A DNA stretch of 60,586 bases, counting the filler. It is 6 parts of 6 records of this genome, joined end to end, with 100 filler letters (N's around TTAATTAATTAA, not from the genome) between each part and the next. Parts side by side here need not be neighbours in the genome. Positions count along the whole stretch, not along the records: positions 29,184 to 36,726 come from DRR723986_13583; positions 36,827 to 46,884 come from DRR723986_13584; 4 more parts are not named here. One strand, given 5' to 3'. Positions 35,101-44,751 of the stretch are shown one piece after another (positions within the stretch are counted from its first letter, which is position 1; each line of letters opens with the position of its first letter). The position numbers and the translations under genes are program-made. The notes beneath the pieces were generated by a model. It was not told the origin of the DNA. It did not search any database and saw only the letters and a list, made by a program, of their open reading frames with translations.

Positions 35101-36724
35101 TCAGCGAGTAGCTGCCGACAGTCGCGTCAACGTTGGTCAGTGTGAAGCTCGCAACACCCATGCCGTTACTCACGGCGGTCGTCATCGTCTGACCACCATC
35201 CCAGGTAAAGCCGGCGGCAGCAACAAGTGTTACCGTCGTGCCGGGCACGGGGTTCAGGCAGTTGTCATTCACATACACCGTTACCGTTGTTGTGCCGGTG
35301 CAGATGACCGTTGTTGGGGCAATCACATAAGCAGCAGTTGTAACAAGACCTGGAGTGACGGTGATCGAGGCCATCGTCGTTACACCACCGCTGTCGCCCG
35401 TCAGGACGTACGCGCCGGTGACAGCAAAGACGTTCGTCAGCGTGAAGCTCGCTTCACCCTGGCCGTCGGTCGTTGCCGTGGTCGTTGTCTGGCCGCCGTC
35501 GAAGCTGAAGCCGGCAGGAGCAGTGATCGTCACTGTCGTACCTACTACAACATTCGTGCAGTTATCCCAGGCGGTAATCGTAAGCATCGTCGTTCCACCA
35601 CACTCGACGCTCGTTGGAGCCGGTGTGTACGCCAGAGTAGCGACAGGACCCTGAACAACTTCAATCGAAGCCGTTGTCGTTGGTCCGTCAATGCTCGTGG
35701 CTGTCAGGACGTAGTTGCCCGTGACGGCATCGACATTCGTGAGAGTAAAGGTCGCAAGACCCGTACCGTCACTCGTTGCCGTGCTCGTGCTCAGGCCGCC
35801 GTCAAAGGTCAGGCCAGGCTGTGCGGTCAGTGTCACGGTCGTACCCATCACTGGGTTCGTGCAGATGTCCCATGCGCGGACCGTCACCGTTGTCGTGCCG
35901 GAGCACGCTACCGTCGTCGGTGCCATTACATAGGCCACCGTCGAGACAGGACCCTGAAGTACGTCGATTGTGCCTGTCGTCATCACGGCCGTCGCGGTCG
36001 TCACTGTCACACCGTAGGTGCCGACAAGTGCGCGAACGTCGCCGAGCGTGAAGGTATATGTTCCGCCAACACCCGTGACGCCGCTCGTCGAGGTCATGCC
36101 ACCGTTGAAGGTGATGCCCGCGCCAAGCGTCAGTGTCACTGGCTCGCCAATGACTGGGTTTGTGCAGTTATCTGTTACCGTTACTGTTATCATCGTCGTG
36201 CCGGAGCACTCGACTTCTGTGGGTGACGGGCTGAAGACAACTCCGGCAGCTGCACCCTGCAGTACCGTGATCGTCTCTACCGTCGCGCCTGTACCACCCA
36301 TCGCCGTCAGGCTCCAGGGGTTACCGGCAACCGTTGCGTTGACCTTCGTCAGAGTGAAGGTTGCAACACCAAGGACCGAAGTCGCGGTGCTCGTCATCAG
36401 ACCACCGTCGAAGGTGAAGCCTGCTACCGAGCTCAGCGTGACAGGGTCGCCGTTGACTGGATTGCCACAGGCATCCCAGACAAGAACAGTCAGTGTCGTC
36501 GTGCCTTCGCAGGCAACCGTCGTTGGATCCGGAACGAAGTCCAGCGTAGCAATCACACCCTGCTCTACCACGATGTCGGCTGTCGTAACAGCAGCACCGG
36601 CAGTAGCAGTCAGTGTGTAGGTGCCGACGGTGGCATCGACATTGTTCAGTGTCAGCGTCACTGCGCCGGCGCCGTTGGTAATGCCACTCGTGCTCGTCAG
36701 GCCACCATCGAAGGTGAAGCCCGC
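29192..36724 (-). CDS. Giant Thr-rich tandem Ig-like (invasin/Big-like) surface protein, 5'-truncated; two putative-Ig domains and a dockerin-like C-terminus
   Basis: Frame stays open beyond 36661 to the contig edge. About 100-aa repeats with DxxGN loops. LPxGxxxxxxxGxIxGxPT (He_PIG-like) x2. VKVALEGA...DWVVVELR...HRNHL domain, then a GDAD...INASDR / ADITLDG EF-hand-like pair. Confidence 0.85.
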   Translation of the reverse strand, partial: AGFTFDGGLTSTSGITNGAGAVTLTLNNVDATVGTYTLTATAGAAVTTADIVVEQGVIATLDFVPDPTTVACEGTTTLTVLVWDACGNPVNGDPVTLSSVAGFTFDGGLMTSTATSVLGVATFTLTKVNATVAGNPWSLTAMGGTGATVETITVLQGAAAGVVFSPSPTEVECSGTTMITVTVTDNCTNPVIGEPVTLTLGAGITFNGGMTSTSGVTGVGGTYTFTLGDVRALVGTYGVTVTTATAVMTTGTIDVLQGPVSTVAYVMAPTTVACSGTTTVTVRAWDICTNPVMGTTVTLTAQPGLTFDGGLSTSTATSDGTGLATFTLTNVDAVTGNYVLTATSIDGPTTTASIEVVQGPVATLAYTPAPTSVECGGTTMLTITAWDNCTNVVVGTTVTITAPAGFSFDGGQTTTTATTDGQGEASFTLTNVFAVTGAYVLTGDSGGVTTMASITVTPGLVTTAAYVIAPTTVICTGTTTVTVYVNDNCLNPVPGTTVTLVAAAGFTWDGGQTMTTAVSNGMGVASFTLTNVDATVGSYSLTASVDGGSTSADIMVLQGPIASLDFDPEPTTVICTGTTTITVTAYDTCGNVVVGSTGTLGTPNSFTFGGGVTSTTAVSDANGVLTFVLSNVNAVTGSYVLTVTAGTITSTSSIEVLQGPVATLFYNPLPTEVACDAVTTLNVELYDSCLNPLNGNLVTLTAPAGFEFGYGQTVTTATAASGMADFTLGRIRASTGTYTLTVTAGSITTTADIEVVTGAAARIRFVTNPVGGVAGNLIKGGQFAQVPVVQVQDSCGNQVPVPNVPIQVVFDNNAGNGTLFSNPGAGITFTGPGGAGTWVAMAVDKAATDYNLMATATLPGGKQVMATSGTFDITHFTADKLSFSTQPPLVSTAGTDFVTNPVVQIDDCFGNHVTTATNKVTLSIGTDPTFGAASLTAASLSVNAVGGYATFTNVQIDKSGTGYTLGAGAPGLTPGFSTGFDIVAGDPYQLAIVTQPPANERACDNFNLVVEVQDKGGNRVTTATNVVATVALVDDQGTFETATLGGVTLATTLNAGRGTFTLNIDKVGVYNLAVTTATSGLLTGGGDVSNNITIGVNTAFRVGFNIQPNDGKVDGPFNNVIQIHTEDCGGNQLLTDNDSEINLSIDPVTNVSSATLTVQNGTTNTTVAGNASFLNPRIIVPGTYRLLATGVGATGNTLVSAISEDFVIYPGLAVSSNSTLTSNSTNSVEVCGFEIDFTVIKRDQFGYRTTCGVVDVFTTNIQAGAGVALSVTALPSGTSLTTTVPNHISKARLTYTSGTWAGISVATVSAQIGGVDISGSAQSIDQFAGPATSTRSIVRAPYGTSVEVCGNDLGFLVIKRDKNYNVTTRGEVIVTLANLNAGSGARLSSTTAGVVEDSNIMTTIPVGISTAWITYTSGTTASVGAAQLNFDLTGDGGIVNSPILIDQFAGVADATRSTIEAVSTAYVNVGFETIDIRVTKRDKNGNVTTRGTVDVSLTDINSGGAQLQTSTGGAVTTIADGIAIDVFEYRSGTTASTTAAEINALIAGLDIRYSPLAIEQRALTADATRSTLTATTCIVTVGETLDLTVTKRDIYNNVTTLGTVDVALANINAGAGVAISTTGILPGTDIGTVVYTAGTTATANAATVAATISGSDIVGSIKTITQTAATASSLTSTLTALNGTDVEVCANDLTFAIAKYDMFGNPTTRGFVDAILTDNGSGGATISSATPGVTTFIAGSYLSAGDGLQSAMVTYTSGTTAGVSVATLVAEIGALNNIIGSPIDITQFAGVAVSTQSTLRGPDRVEVAGSIDLWVVKRDKVANITTRGTVTLTLTDINSTGASLSALTVADGVTSAMITYNAGTSAADPAATVGATIGGVDIDGSTKDIEQFASTASIVRTTITPTSASVVVGGNTLALTATKRDVFGNETTRGTATVVGTNIDAGAGTNVSPLTIGEGISVTTVTYTSGTKAGVAVYDIDLTIGGTSIDAPSALIDQDPDVPVAIVVYDVPGEDFDRPTAVVTVATRSVPFVTILEARDQFGNASPTTWGGVLSGTAGAGGSFATTATQSQLAVTVTPTVPGTNLTVVFTDDLLGPTTLTIEVIYDILALSYVTPQELTRFQPSVDLQPTRTGGRPTLVYSFIAGSDPLPVGLTLNTATGVISGVPTVATVTPLVVDLRVTDHNGLSDDARIIFTVAENLTVFYPTSNTIFANQAASIPYSQLIGGVAPYVFTTSAGTLPPGMSIDANSGTIGGAPTTTGTYNVTVTVTDVNGASDNASLDIIVSTQANVPTVVDVKVALEGAQNGTTTGTIMDTDLNANAFLPTADPYGMGVTTASIPVTIVDWVVVELRSGTSATTAVTSTAAFLRSDGRVVATDGISALSFDATTLPAGDYYIVIEHRNHLWVMSSTAASLQPNSSALYDFTGAQTQAFEAFQDPMIQNGLFGMVTGDADVSAGQLGIINASDRVTVRNASGSVGYLQADITLDGIVTAPDRVTVRVNSFRATQVP

Positions 36725-36726
36725 AG

Positions 36727-36826
36727 NNNNNNNNNNNNNNNNNNNNNNNNNNNNNNNNNNNNNNNNNNNNTTAATTAATTAANNNNNNNNNNNNNNNNNN
36801 NNNNNNNNNNNNNNNNNNNNNNNNNN
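36727..36826. other. Artificial contig-joining spacer
   Basis: N-run with central TTAATTAATTAA. Confidence 0.97.
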
Positions 36827-37219
36827 CCCCAGGCGGATAAAGGTGCTGCCGCCACCAGGGCCACCAGCGCCGCCGCCAAGGCCGGCCGCGGTTGCTTCCA
36901 GCACATCGCCCAGGTCGCCGTCGCCTTCCAGGGCGGCCAGCAGGGCATCAACCGATTCATCAGTGACTTCGCTCTCTTCGCGTGTCGATGCCGTATCGGC
37001 CAGCAAATCGGCCGTGAGGGTCATCTCGGGCATATCGGCAATCACCAGCGGGCTGCCGTCCGACATGGACAACTCCACGCTGCTGCCGTCCGGGGTGACA
37101 ACGGTTTCGCCCTCGAGGAGTACATCGCCGGGCTTGAGTTCACGCAGTTCACCTTCGGCGTTGCGGGCATAGCCCTTGCCGATGACTGCGACTACGGTTG
37201 CGATTGCTACGTCTGCCAT
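36827..37219 (-). CDS. Retention-module-containing T1SS adhesin (LapA-like), N-terminal fragment
   Basis: MADVAIATVVAVIGKGYARNAEGELRELKPGDVL..GE.V.T; LEATAAG followed by a Gly-rich linker; adjacent to T1SS genes; truncated by the spacer. Confidence 0.85.
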
Positions 37220-37359
37220 GATCGTCTTCCTTTTAATGTTGCCGGCTAAAAACCGCCGAAAAACTTCCGTATTTGGTATGACTACACGCCCGATGCTACG
37301 ACTCACAATTACGGCGCACATCGTACTTTCGGGCAGCATCTGCGGTTTTTGTAAATTAG

Positions 37360-37373
37360 TTGATTTAAATCAT
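37360..37373. promoter_or_regulatory. Palindromic site resembling an FNR/ANR box upstream of the adhesin gene
   Basis: TTGAT-TTAA-ATCAT, 9/10 to TTGAT-N4-ATCAA; contains the perfect palindrome TGATTTAAATCA. Could instead be IHF-like. Confidence 0.35.
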
Positions 37374-37544
37374 GTCCGGAGATCGGCACGCTTTGACGAT
37401 ACAGGCTGAGTCTAGGGACCGAAGGCAATAACAAACATGGCCGGCGGCGCCGGCTAGATGGCATTACGCGCCAGTCCAGGGCTGGACAGGCGCTGAATCG
37501 AGTTATTCCTGGGGGCTATTTCTACGCAGAGTGCGCCGAGAGCA

Positions 37545-38171
37545 TCAATTTACCGAGGTATAAATCGGCACCTTGTTCATCGCAAGAGCGAGCTGCACAC
37601 GATCGCGAACGCCGAGTTTCTCGAATATAGCTGACAGGTGGGCCTTCACAGTGCGCTCGCTGATCTTCAGGTTTTCAGCGATTTCCCGATTGCTCGCGCC
37701 ATGCGCGACCTGCTCGGCCACCATGAGCTCGCGGGAGGTGAGTTCATTCAGCTCTGGCTCTTCGGCCGCTGCGGGCATCACCCGGGTCGACAGCCTGACG
37801 AAGCGTTGCATCAGTTCCGCAGGCATCCAGATCCCGCCATTCTGCACCACCAGGCTCACTTCCCTGAGCTGTTCGGGCACGGCTTCCACGTGGCAGTAAC
37901 CCACCGCACCTGCATTAAGCATCTGGAACGCCTCGCCCTCGCTCGGGGTTGCCGCCATTACCACCACCGGCCAGCCGAAGGCCACGGCCTCCGCCAGGTC
38001 GTGCAGGCGGTTCTGGGGCGCGATTGCGCTCGTATCCAGCCAGACCACGCCGCGGGGGGTGTGGCTGGCCCTCGGGATATCGCCCGAGGCACGCGCCACA
38101 ATCGCCTTGGGAAAGGCCTGCAACCAGCGTTCTTTCAACTCGCCGGTCGCGGTGACAAAGAGTTGTTCCAT
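37545..38171 (-). CDS. LuxR/NarL-type response regulator
   Basis: C-terminal LTSRE..VA..VAHGASNREIA..L.ISERTVKAHL HTH; atypical N-terminal receiver; translationally coupled to the HlyD gene. Confidence 0.9.
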   Translation of the reverse strand: MEQLFVTATGELKERWLQAFPKAIVARASGDIPRASHTPRGVVWLDTSAIAPQNRLHDLAEAVAFGWPVVVMAATPSEGEAFQMLNAGAVGYCHVEAVPEQLREVSLVVQNGGIWMPAELMQRFVRLSTRVMPAAAEEPELNELTSRELMVAEQVAHGASNREIAENLKISERTVKAHLSAIFEKLGVRDRVQLALAMNKVPIYTSVN

Positions 38172-39586
38172 CAGCGCTCCGTCATAGCGTACTGCTTGGC
38201 CCGCAGGACGGGCTTCATCAGGTACGCGAGAATACTCTTCTTCCCGGTCAGGATGTCAACTTCCACTGTCATGCCGGGGATAATCGGCTTGTCTTCGCCC
38301 AGGCTGGATTCGTTGGTTCGCACATTCACTTCGTAGAAGGGGTTACCCTCCTCGTCCATGATCGTGTCGGCACCGATATGCTCGACCACCCCGTCAAGAC
38401 CACCATAGACTACAAAATCATAGGCGGTGAACTTAACCAGCGCTTTTTGCCCCGGGATCAGGAAGGCGATGTCCTTGGGCCGGATCCGTACTTCCAGCAG
38501 TAAGGTATCGTCCAGCGGCACCACCTCGACGATCTCCTTGCCGGGTAGCACCACACCGCCAATAGTATTGTAGTACAGCTGTTTTACCGTGCCATTCACC
38601 GGTGAACGCACATTGGTTTGCGCCACCCGGTCCGACAGGCCGGTGCCGGCTTCACGCAGCGCGTTCATCCGGGTGATGGTGTCAGTGAGTTCCTCACGCA
38701 CCTCGTTGACGAACTCCAGCTCGACTTCTTCCACCTTGCGCTGGGCTTCCTTGATCGCCGACTCGATACGCTTCTTCTGGGCCCGGGACTGGTCCCGCTC
38801 GCCGCGCATCTGGTTGACCTCGCGCTCCAGGCGCAGGATTTCCACCTGCGACACGGCGCCGGAATTCACCATCGGTCGGGTAACGTCCAGTTCCTGCTGG
38901 GTCAGGTCCAGTGAACGGCCCAACTGGGCTTCCCTGGCGGTGACTTCCACCAGTTCCTCGCGACGCTGGTCAAGCTGCTCCTCGGCAATCTGCTTTTCCA
39001 GGCTCAGTTCCGCCTGGCTGGATTGGTACAGAGCCACTTCCTGCACCACGATGTCAGGCACTTTCTCCACCCACTCGGCCTCGGGCTCGAATGCGGTCTT
39101 GTCGACCACCGCGCGCAGCCGGGCCGCCTTCACCGACAGGGCCCGCAGTTCCGACTGGTTTTCCCGGAAGGTGGACTCTGAGCGGGTCTGGTCCAGCCGC
39201 ACCATCAGCTCGCCCTTCTTAACGATATCGCCCTCGCGCACCAGGATCTCGGTCACGATACCGCCGTCCTGGGAACCGATCACCTGGATCTGCTGCGAGG
39301 GAATGACCTTGCCCTGCCCGCGGGTGACCTCGTCGATCTCGGCCAGAGCACTCCAGATCACCAGCGCCACCACCACGATGGCGACGCCGTACAGCAGTGC
39401 GCGAGCGCGCAGGGGTTGCTGCTCCACAAAGGCCCGATGGGCATCCTGCTGCCAGTCGTAGGGGGTGGTGTTCACGTCCGTCATCCACGGCGCGAACAGC
39501 CAGTCGGCCAGGCGTCGGCCGGCACCGCGCTTTGGCGGCTCCGCCTCAGCGGATTGCACCTCAAATTTCTGGGGCTGCTCGCTCAT
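38171..39586 (-). CDS. HlyD-family type I secretion membrane fusion protein (LapC-like)
   Basis: DEVTRGQGKVIPS, GGIV..I.V.EGD.V, VRSPVNG, KFTAYDF..YGGL.G, PGMTVEVDILTG. Confidence 0.92.
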   Translation of the reverse strand: MSEQPQKFEVQSAEAEPPKRGAGRRLADWLFAPWMTDVNTTPYDWQQDAHRAFVEQQPLRARALLYGVAIVVVALVIWSALAEIDEVTRGQGKVIPSQQIQVIGSQDGGIVTEILVREGDIVKKGELMVRLDQTRSESTFRENQSELRALSVKAARLRAVVDKTAFEPEAEWVEKVPDIVVQEVALYQSSQAELSLEKQIAEEQLDQRREELVEVTAREAQLGRSLDLTQQELDVTRPMVNSGAVSQVEILRLEREVNQMRGERDQSRAQKKRIESAIKEAQRKVEEVELEFVNEVREELTDTITRMNALREAGTGLSDRVAQTNVRSPVNGTVKQLYYNTIGGVVLPGKEIVEVVPLDDTLLLEVRIRPKDIAFLIPGQKALVKFTAYDFVVYGGLDGVVEHIGADTIMDEEGNPFYEVNVRTNESSLGEDKPIIPGMTVEVDILTGKKSILAYLMKPVLRAKQYAMTER

Positions 39587-41709
39587 GAGGCTTTACCGAT
39601 CTGGCCCTGCTGCAGGGCCTGCATCACGCTGTCACGGGGGCCGTCGGCTACCAGTTTGCCGTTATCGATGACGATAATCCGATCGACCATGGACAGCAGG
39701 GAGTTGCGGTGGGTGACCACCAGCCAGGTCTTGCCCTTGATGTATTCCGCCAGTTGTTTCTTCACCGCCATTTCGGTGGAGTGGTCCATGGACCCGGTGG
39801 GCTCGTCCATCAACAGGATAGGCGGATCGTGGATCACCGCACGGGCCAGCGCCACGCACTTGCGCTGGCCGCCGGAGAGCGAATCCCCGCGCTCGCTGAC
39901 CACCATGTCGAAGCCCTGGGGATGGCGGTTGATATAGTCGGCGAGATTGGCGATTTCAGCGGCCCGCACCAGGGCGGCATCGCTGGCCTGGGGATTAACC
40001 AGGGTCATATTGTCGCGCAGGCTGCCGTAGAACAGGGTGACGTCCTGGGGTACATAGCCGACCCGCGAGCGCAGCTCGGTCGGGTCCAGCTGGCGCAGAT
40101 CGATACCGTCGACCATGATCGCCCCTTCGGTAGGCTGGTACAGCCCCATCGCCAGTTTCTGCAGGGTGGACTTGCCCGACCCTACCCGGCCCAGGATGGC
40201 CACGTGCTCACCCGGCTTGATCTTGAAGGATACCTCACTCAGGGAGGCCATCTCGGCACCCGGGTAGCCGAAGCTGACATTCTTGAATTCGATCTCGCCC
40301 TGAAACATGTCGCGGCTCAGGAACTGGGCACCTTCCGGCCGCTCCAGCGGGGTGGCCATAACGCCATCCAGCGCCTTCAGCGCAATCTCCGCATTGTGGT
40401 ACTGGGTTATCAAGCCCGCGACCTGGCCGAAGGGCGCCATAATGCGCCCGGCAAGCATGGTGCAGGCGATCAAACCACCCATGCTGAGCTCTCCCGCGGT
40501 GATCAGGTAGACCCCGGTAACAATCACGAACATGGTCACCATCTGCTGGCTCCACATCGTGACATTGATGGTGGAATTGGACAGCAGGCGCAATTTCACA
40601 CCCACGTGGGACAGAAAGCTGGTTGTCTCCTCCCACTTGCGTTGCATACGCGATTCCGCACCCATGGCCTTGATGGTGTCCAGGCCGACCAGGCTCTCGA
40701 TCAGGGTGGAGTTGCGCAGGGCACCGGCCCGGTAGGTGGTTTCTGACAACTCCTTAAGCTTGCCCTGCAGGATCAGGGCCGTACCGAGTACGATGGTCAG
40801 GCCGAGCACTATCGGTATCAGGATCGGCCAGGCGATCCAGGCAATCACCCCCATGAAAATCACCGCGAAGGGCACATCGATAATCGTGGCCACGGAGGCG
40901 GAGGTAATGAAGTCGCGCACGGTTTCAAAGGAGCGCAGGTTCACCGCGTAGGAGCCGACCGAGATCGGCCGGTGTTCCATCCGGATGCCCAGCACCCGCT
41001 CCATGATCTGCGCCGACAGCTTGAGGTCCACACGCCTGCTGGCAAGATCGAGAAAGTACCCGCGCATGGTGCGCAGCGAGATATCGGCCAGCAGGATGAT
41101 GATCACCCCCGCCGCCAGCATCCACAGGGTTTCCACCGCGTAGTTGGGTACCACCCGGTCGTAAACGTTCATGGTGAACAGCGGCAGCGCCAGGGCAAAC
41201 ACGTTGATAAAGAACGCCGCCAGCAGCACATCGCGATAGATCGGCATATTGCTGCGCATCGCCGTCCAGAACCAGTGCCCGCGCTCGGAGGTGCCGGTAC
41301 GCGGAGTGCGCTGGTCGAAGCGGAACCGGGGCCGGCAGACAATCGCATTACCGGTATAGCTGTTGAGCAGGGTCTCGGCGGGTACCGCAACCACGGCCTC
41401 ATTGAGTTCGGGGTAGACGACCTGGGCGACCCCGCCGTCCTCGCTCCAGCCCATCAGCAGGCAGGCGCGCTGGTTCTCCATCAGCAGCACCGCGGGCAGC
41501 AGCGCCGGCTCGATCTCGCGAGCACCCCGCAGGTGGACCCGGCTGGCCAGGCCAACCCGGGAGGCGGCCCGTTCGAACAGGGCCGGGGTAAGCTTACCTT
41601 CTTCCAGTGGCAGACCACCGACGATTGCCTCGGCAGTAGAGGCATTGCCATGGTAACGACACAGCGCCAGCAGGCACTGCAGCAGGGTATCGTCCGCGCT
41701 GGCTGTCAT
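39583..41709 (-). CDS. Type I secretion permease/ATPase (LapB/LssB-like, with C39-like domain)
   Basis: PLFTMNVYDRVVP, GRVGSGKST, LSGGQR, LLMDEPT; N-terminal peptidase-like domain. Confidence 0.93.
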   Translation of the reverse strand: MTASADDTLLQCLLALCRYHGNASTAEAIVGGLPLEEGKLTPALFERAASRVGLASRVHLRGAREIEPALLPAVLLMENQRACLLMGWSEDGGVAQVVYPELNEAVVAVPAETLLNSYTGNAIVCRPRFRFDQRTPRTGTSERGHWFWTAMRSNMPIYRDVLLAAFFINVFALALPLFTMNVYDRVVPNYAVETLWMLAAGVIIILLADISLRTMRGYFLDLASRRVDLKLSAQIMERVLGIRMEHRPISVGSYAVNLRSFETVRDFITSASVATIIDVPFAVIFMGVIAWIAWPILIPIVLGLTIVLGTALILQGKLKELSETTYRAGALRNSTLIESLVGLDTIKAMGAESRMQRKWEETTSFLSHVGVKLRLLSNSTINVTMWSQQMVTMFVIVTGVYLITAGELSMGGLIACTMLAGRIMAPFGQVAGLITQYHNAEIALKALDGVMATPLERPEGAQFLSRDMFQGEIEFKNVSFGYPGAEMASLSEVSFKIKPGEHVAILGRVGSGKSTLQKLAMGLYQPTEGAIMVDGIDLRQLDPTELRSRVGYVPQDVTLFYGSLRDNMTLVNPQASDAALVRAAEIANLADYINRHPQGFDMVVSERGDSLSGGQRKCVALARAVIHDPPILLMDEPTGSMDHSTEMAVKKQLAEYIKGKTWLVVTHRNSLLSMVDRIIVIDNGKLVADGPRDSVMQALQQGQIGKAS

Positions 41710-42182
41710 TTGTTCCCAAGATCCCCGTGTGGCCGTGGTCGGCCATTGTTATCAATATGCCCCTAAGCTCCTGAAAACCTTCCGTTTTCAGCGGCACTGC
41801 AGAATAGGACAGTTAGCTTTTAATTACCACGCGATAAATGCGGCTACCGTCAAAATTTCCCGGGATCTGTGAATAATTCCCAGCGTCCGGCCCCCTGCAA
41901 GCCAAAAACAAGAGCCCGAAAAACCCCTATAACGCGCAAAAGTGACACTATCTCCGCCGATGTTACCCAATAACCCGTCATTGACTCCAAGCCGGCAAGG
42001 ACTCCATGCCGCGTCCCAGGGTCAGAACCAGGCAGTAAAAATGCCGAAAATTCACATGCTCTGTGAGCGCATTCACAAATCTCGTGAAAATACCGAAAAA
42101 GGGGCGACCAAAAAGAGGCGAAACTCAGCATCTTGGTCCACACTACGAAAGTTAACCAACGATGGGACGGGGGACACGTACC

Positions 42183-42413
42183 ATGTCAACTCACGAAAAA
42201 GCGGTGTTTGGGGCCAGGGAACCCAGCGTCACAGCGGCCGTCTTCGGCGCTGAGGATGTACACCAACAGAAATACATGGGGCCCGAGCGGCGTCATGAGA
42301 ACCGCCGCAGTGGTCACGATCGCCGCCTGGATGTGCGCTTTGAGCTAAGCGCGGAAGACCGACGCCAGAGCCACGGCCGTCGCGAAGGCGAAAACGCACC
42401 GACCTTCTGGTAA
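42183..42413 (+). CDS. Small Arg-rich protein with YxGPERR and repeated D/E-RR motifs
   Basis: 76 aa from ATG 42183 (GGGGGA SD): YMGPERRHENRRSGHDRRLDVRFELSAEDRRQSHGRR. Confidence 0.7.
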   Translation: MSTHEKAVFGAREPSVTAAVFGAEDVHQQKYMGPERRHENRRSGHDRRLDVRFELSAEDRRQSHGRREGENAPTFW

Positions 42414-42425
42414 CACCCTACCCTG

Positions 42426-43616
<1,191 letters not shown>

Positions 43617-43626
43617 AACGCGGCCC

Positions 43627-44652
43627 TCAGTCCCAGCTGAGGATGACCTTGCTGGCCTCCCCGGCATTCATCTCATCAAAACCCTTCTGGAATTCCGAAT
43701 AGTGCAGGCGGTGAGTGATTACCGGGGAGATATCCAGCCCCGACTCAATCATTACCGACATCTTGTACCAGGTCTCGTACATCTCCCGGCCGTAGATACC
43801 CTTCAGAGTCAGCATGTTGAAGATCACCGTGTTCCAGTCGATCGCGGTATCTTCCGAGGGAATGCCCAGGATCGCCACCTTGCCGCCGTGACACATGCAG
43901 GCCAGCAGGTCGCGAAATGCCTGCGGGTTGCCGCTCATCTCCAGGCCCACGTCGAAGCCCTCACTCATGCCCAGCTCCGCCTGCACATCCTGCAGGCTTT
44001 CCCGGCTGACGTTCACGGTGCGGGTGGCGCCCAGGGTGGCGGCGCGCTCCAGGCGCTGGTCCACCACATCAGTGATCACCACGTGCCGGGCACCGGCATG
44101 ACGGCACACCGCCGCTGCCATGGCCCCGATCGGGCCGGCGCCGGTGATCAGTACATCCTCGCCGAGCAGGTCGTACTGCAGCGCAGTGTGTACAGCATTA
44201 CCAAAGGGATCGAACAGGGCCGCCACATCCAGGTCGATGCCCGGACGATGCTCCCAGACATTGGACATGGGCAGCGAGAGGTATTCGGCAAACGCACCGG
44301 GGCGGTTGACCCCCACGCCACTGGTGTGGGAGCACAGGTGGCGCCGCCCCGCCATACAGTTGCGGCAGCGGCCGCAGACCACGTGCCCCTCACCAGAGAC
44401 AATCATCCCCGGCTTGAAGTCGTTAACGTTGGAACCGACCTCGGCGATCTCGCCGACGAACTCGTGGCCCACCACCATCGGCACCGGAATGGTCTTCCGG
44501 GCCCAGTTGTCCCAGTTATAGATGTGCATATCGGTACCGCATATCGCGGTCCGCTTCACTTTGATCAGTACGTCGTTAATGCCGATTTTGGGAACCGGCA
44601 CATCCTCCAGCCAGATGCCCGGTGTCGCTTCTTTCTTGACCAGTGCCTTCAT
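43627..44652 (-). CDS. tdh: L-threonine 3-dehydrogenase
   Basis: ICGTD.HI, GHEF.G, CGRCRNC...HLC, GAGPIG, GIYGREM.ETW; in operon with kbl. Confidence 0.96.
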   Translation of the reverse strand: MKALVKKEATPGIWLEDVPVPKIGINDVLIKVKRTAICGTDMHIYNWDNWARKTIPVPMVVGHEFVGEIAEVGSNVNDFKPGMIVSGEGHVVCGRCRNCMAGRRHLCSHTSGVGVNRPGAFAEYLSLPMSNVWEHRPGIDLDVAALFDPFGNAVHTALQYDLLGEDVLITGAGPIGAMAAAVCRHAGARHVVITDVVDQRLERAATLGATRTVNVSRESLQDVQAELGMSEGFDVGLEMSGNPQAFRDLLACMCHGGKVAILGIPSEDTAIDWNTVIFNMLTLKGIYGREMYETWYKMSVMIESGLDISPVITHRLHYSEFQKGFDEMNAGEASKVILSWD

Positions 44653-44751
44653 GACTCAGCCAGCTCCGTGTGACGACCTCGCGCCCATTGCCAAAGGGGC
44701 GCGAGTATACGTGAAAAGCGTAGTCAACCCGACCGCAATTCGCGAACCGTG

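Noticed and set aside
29192-37219. Reading the retention module (36827-37219) and the giant Ig-repeat ORF as one LapA-like adhesin split by a gap
   Set aside because: They are on the same strand and adjacent, but an artificial spacer separates them. The giant protein lacks RTX repeats and a T1SS C-terminal signal, is Cys-rich, and ends in a dockerin-like module unlike LapA.
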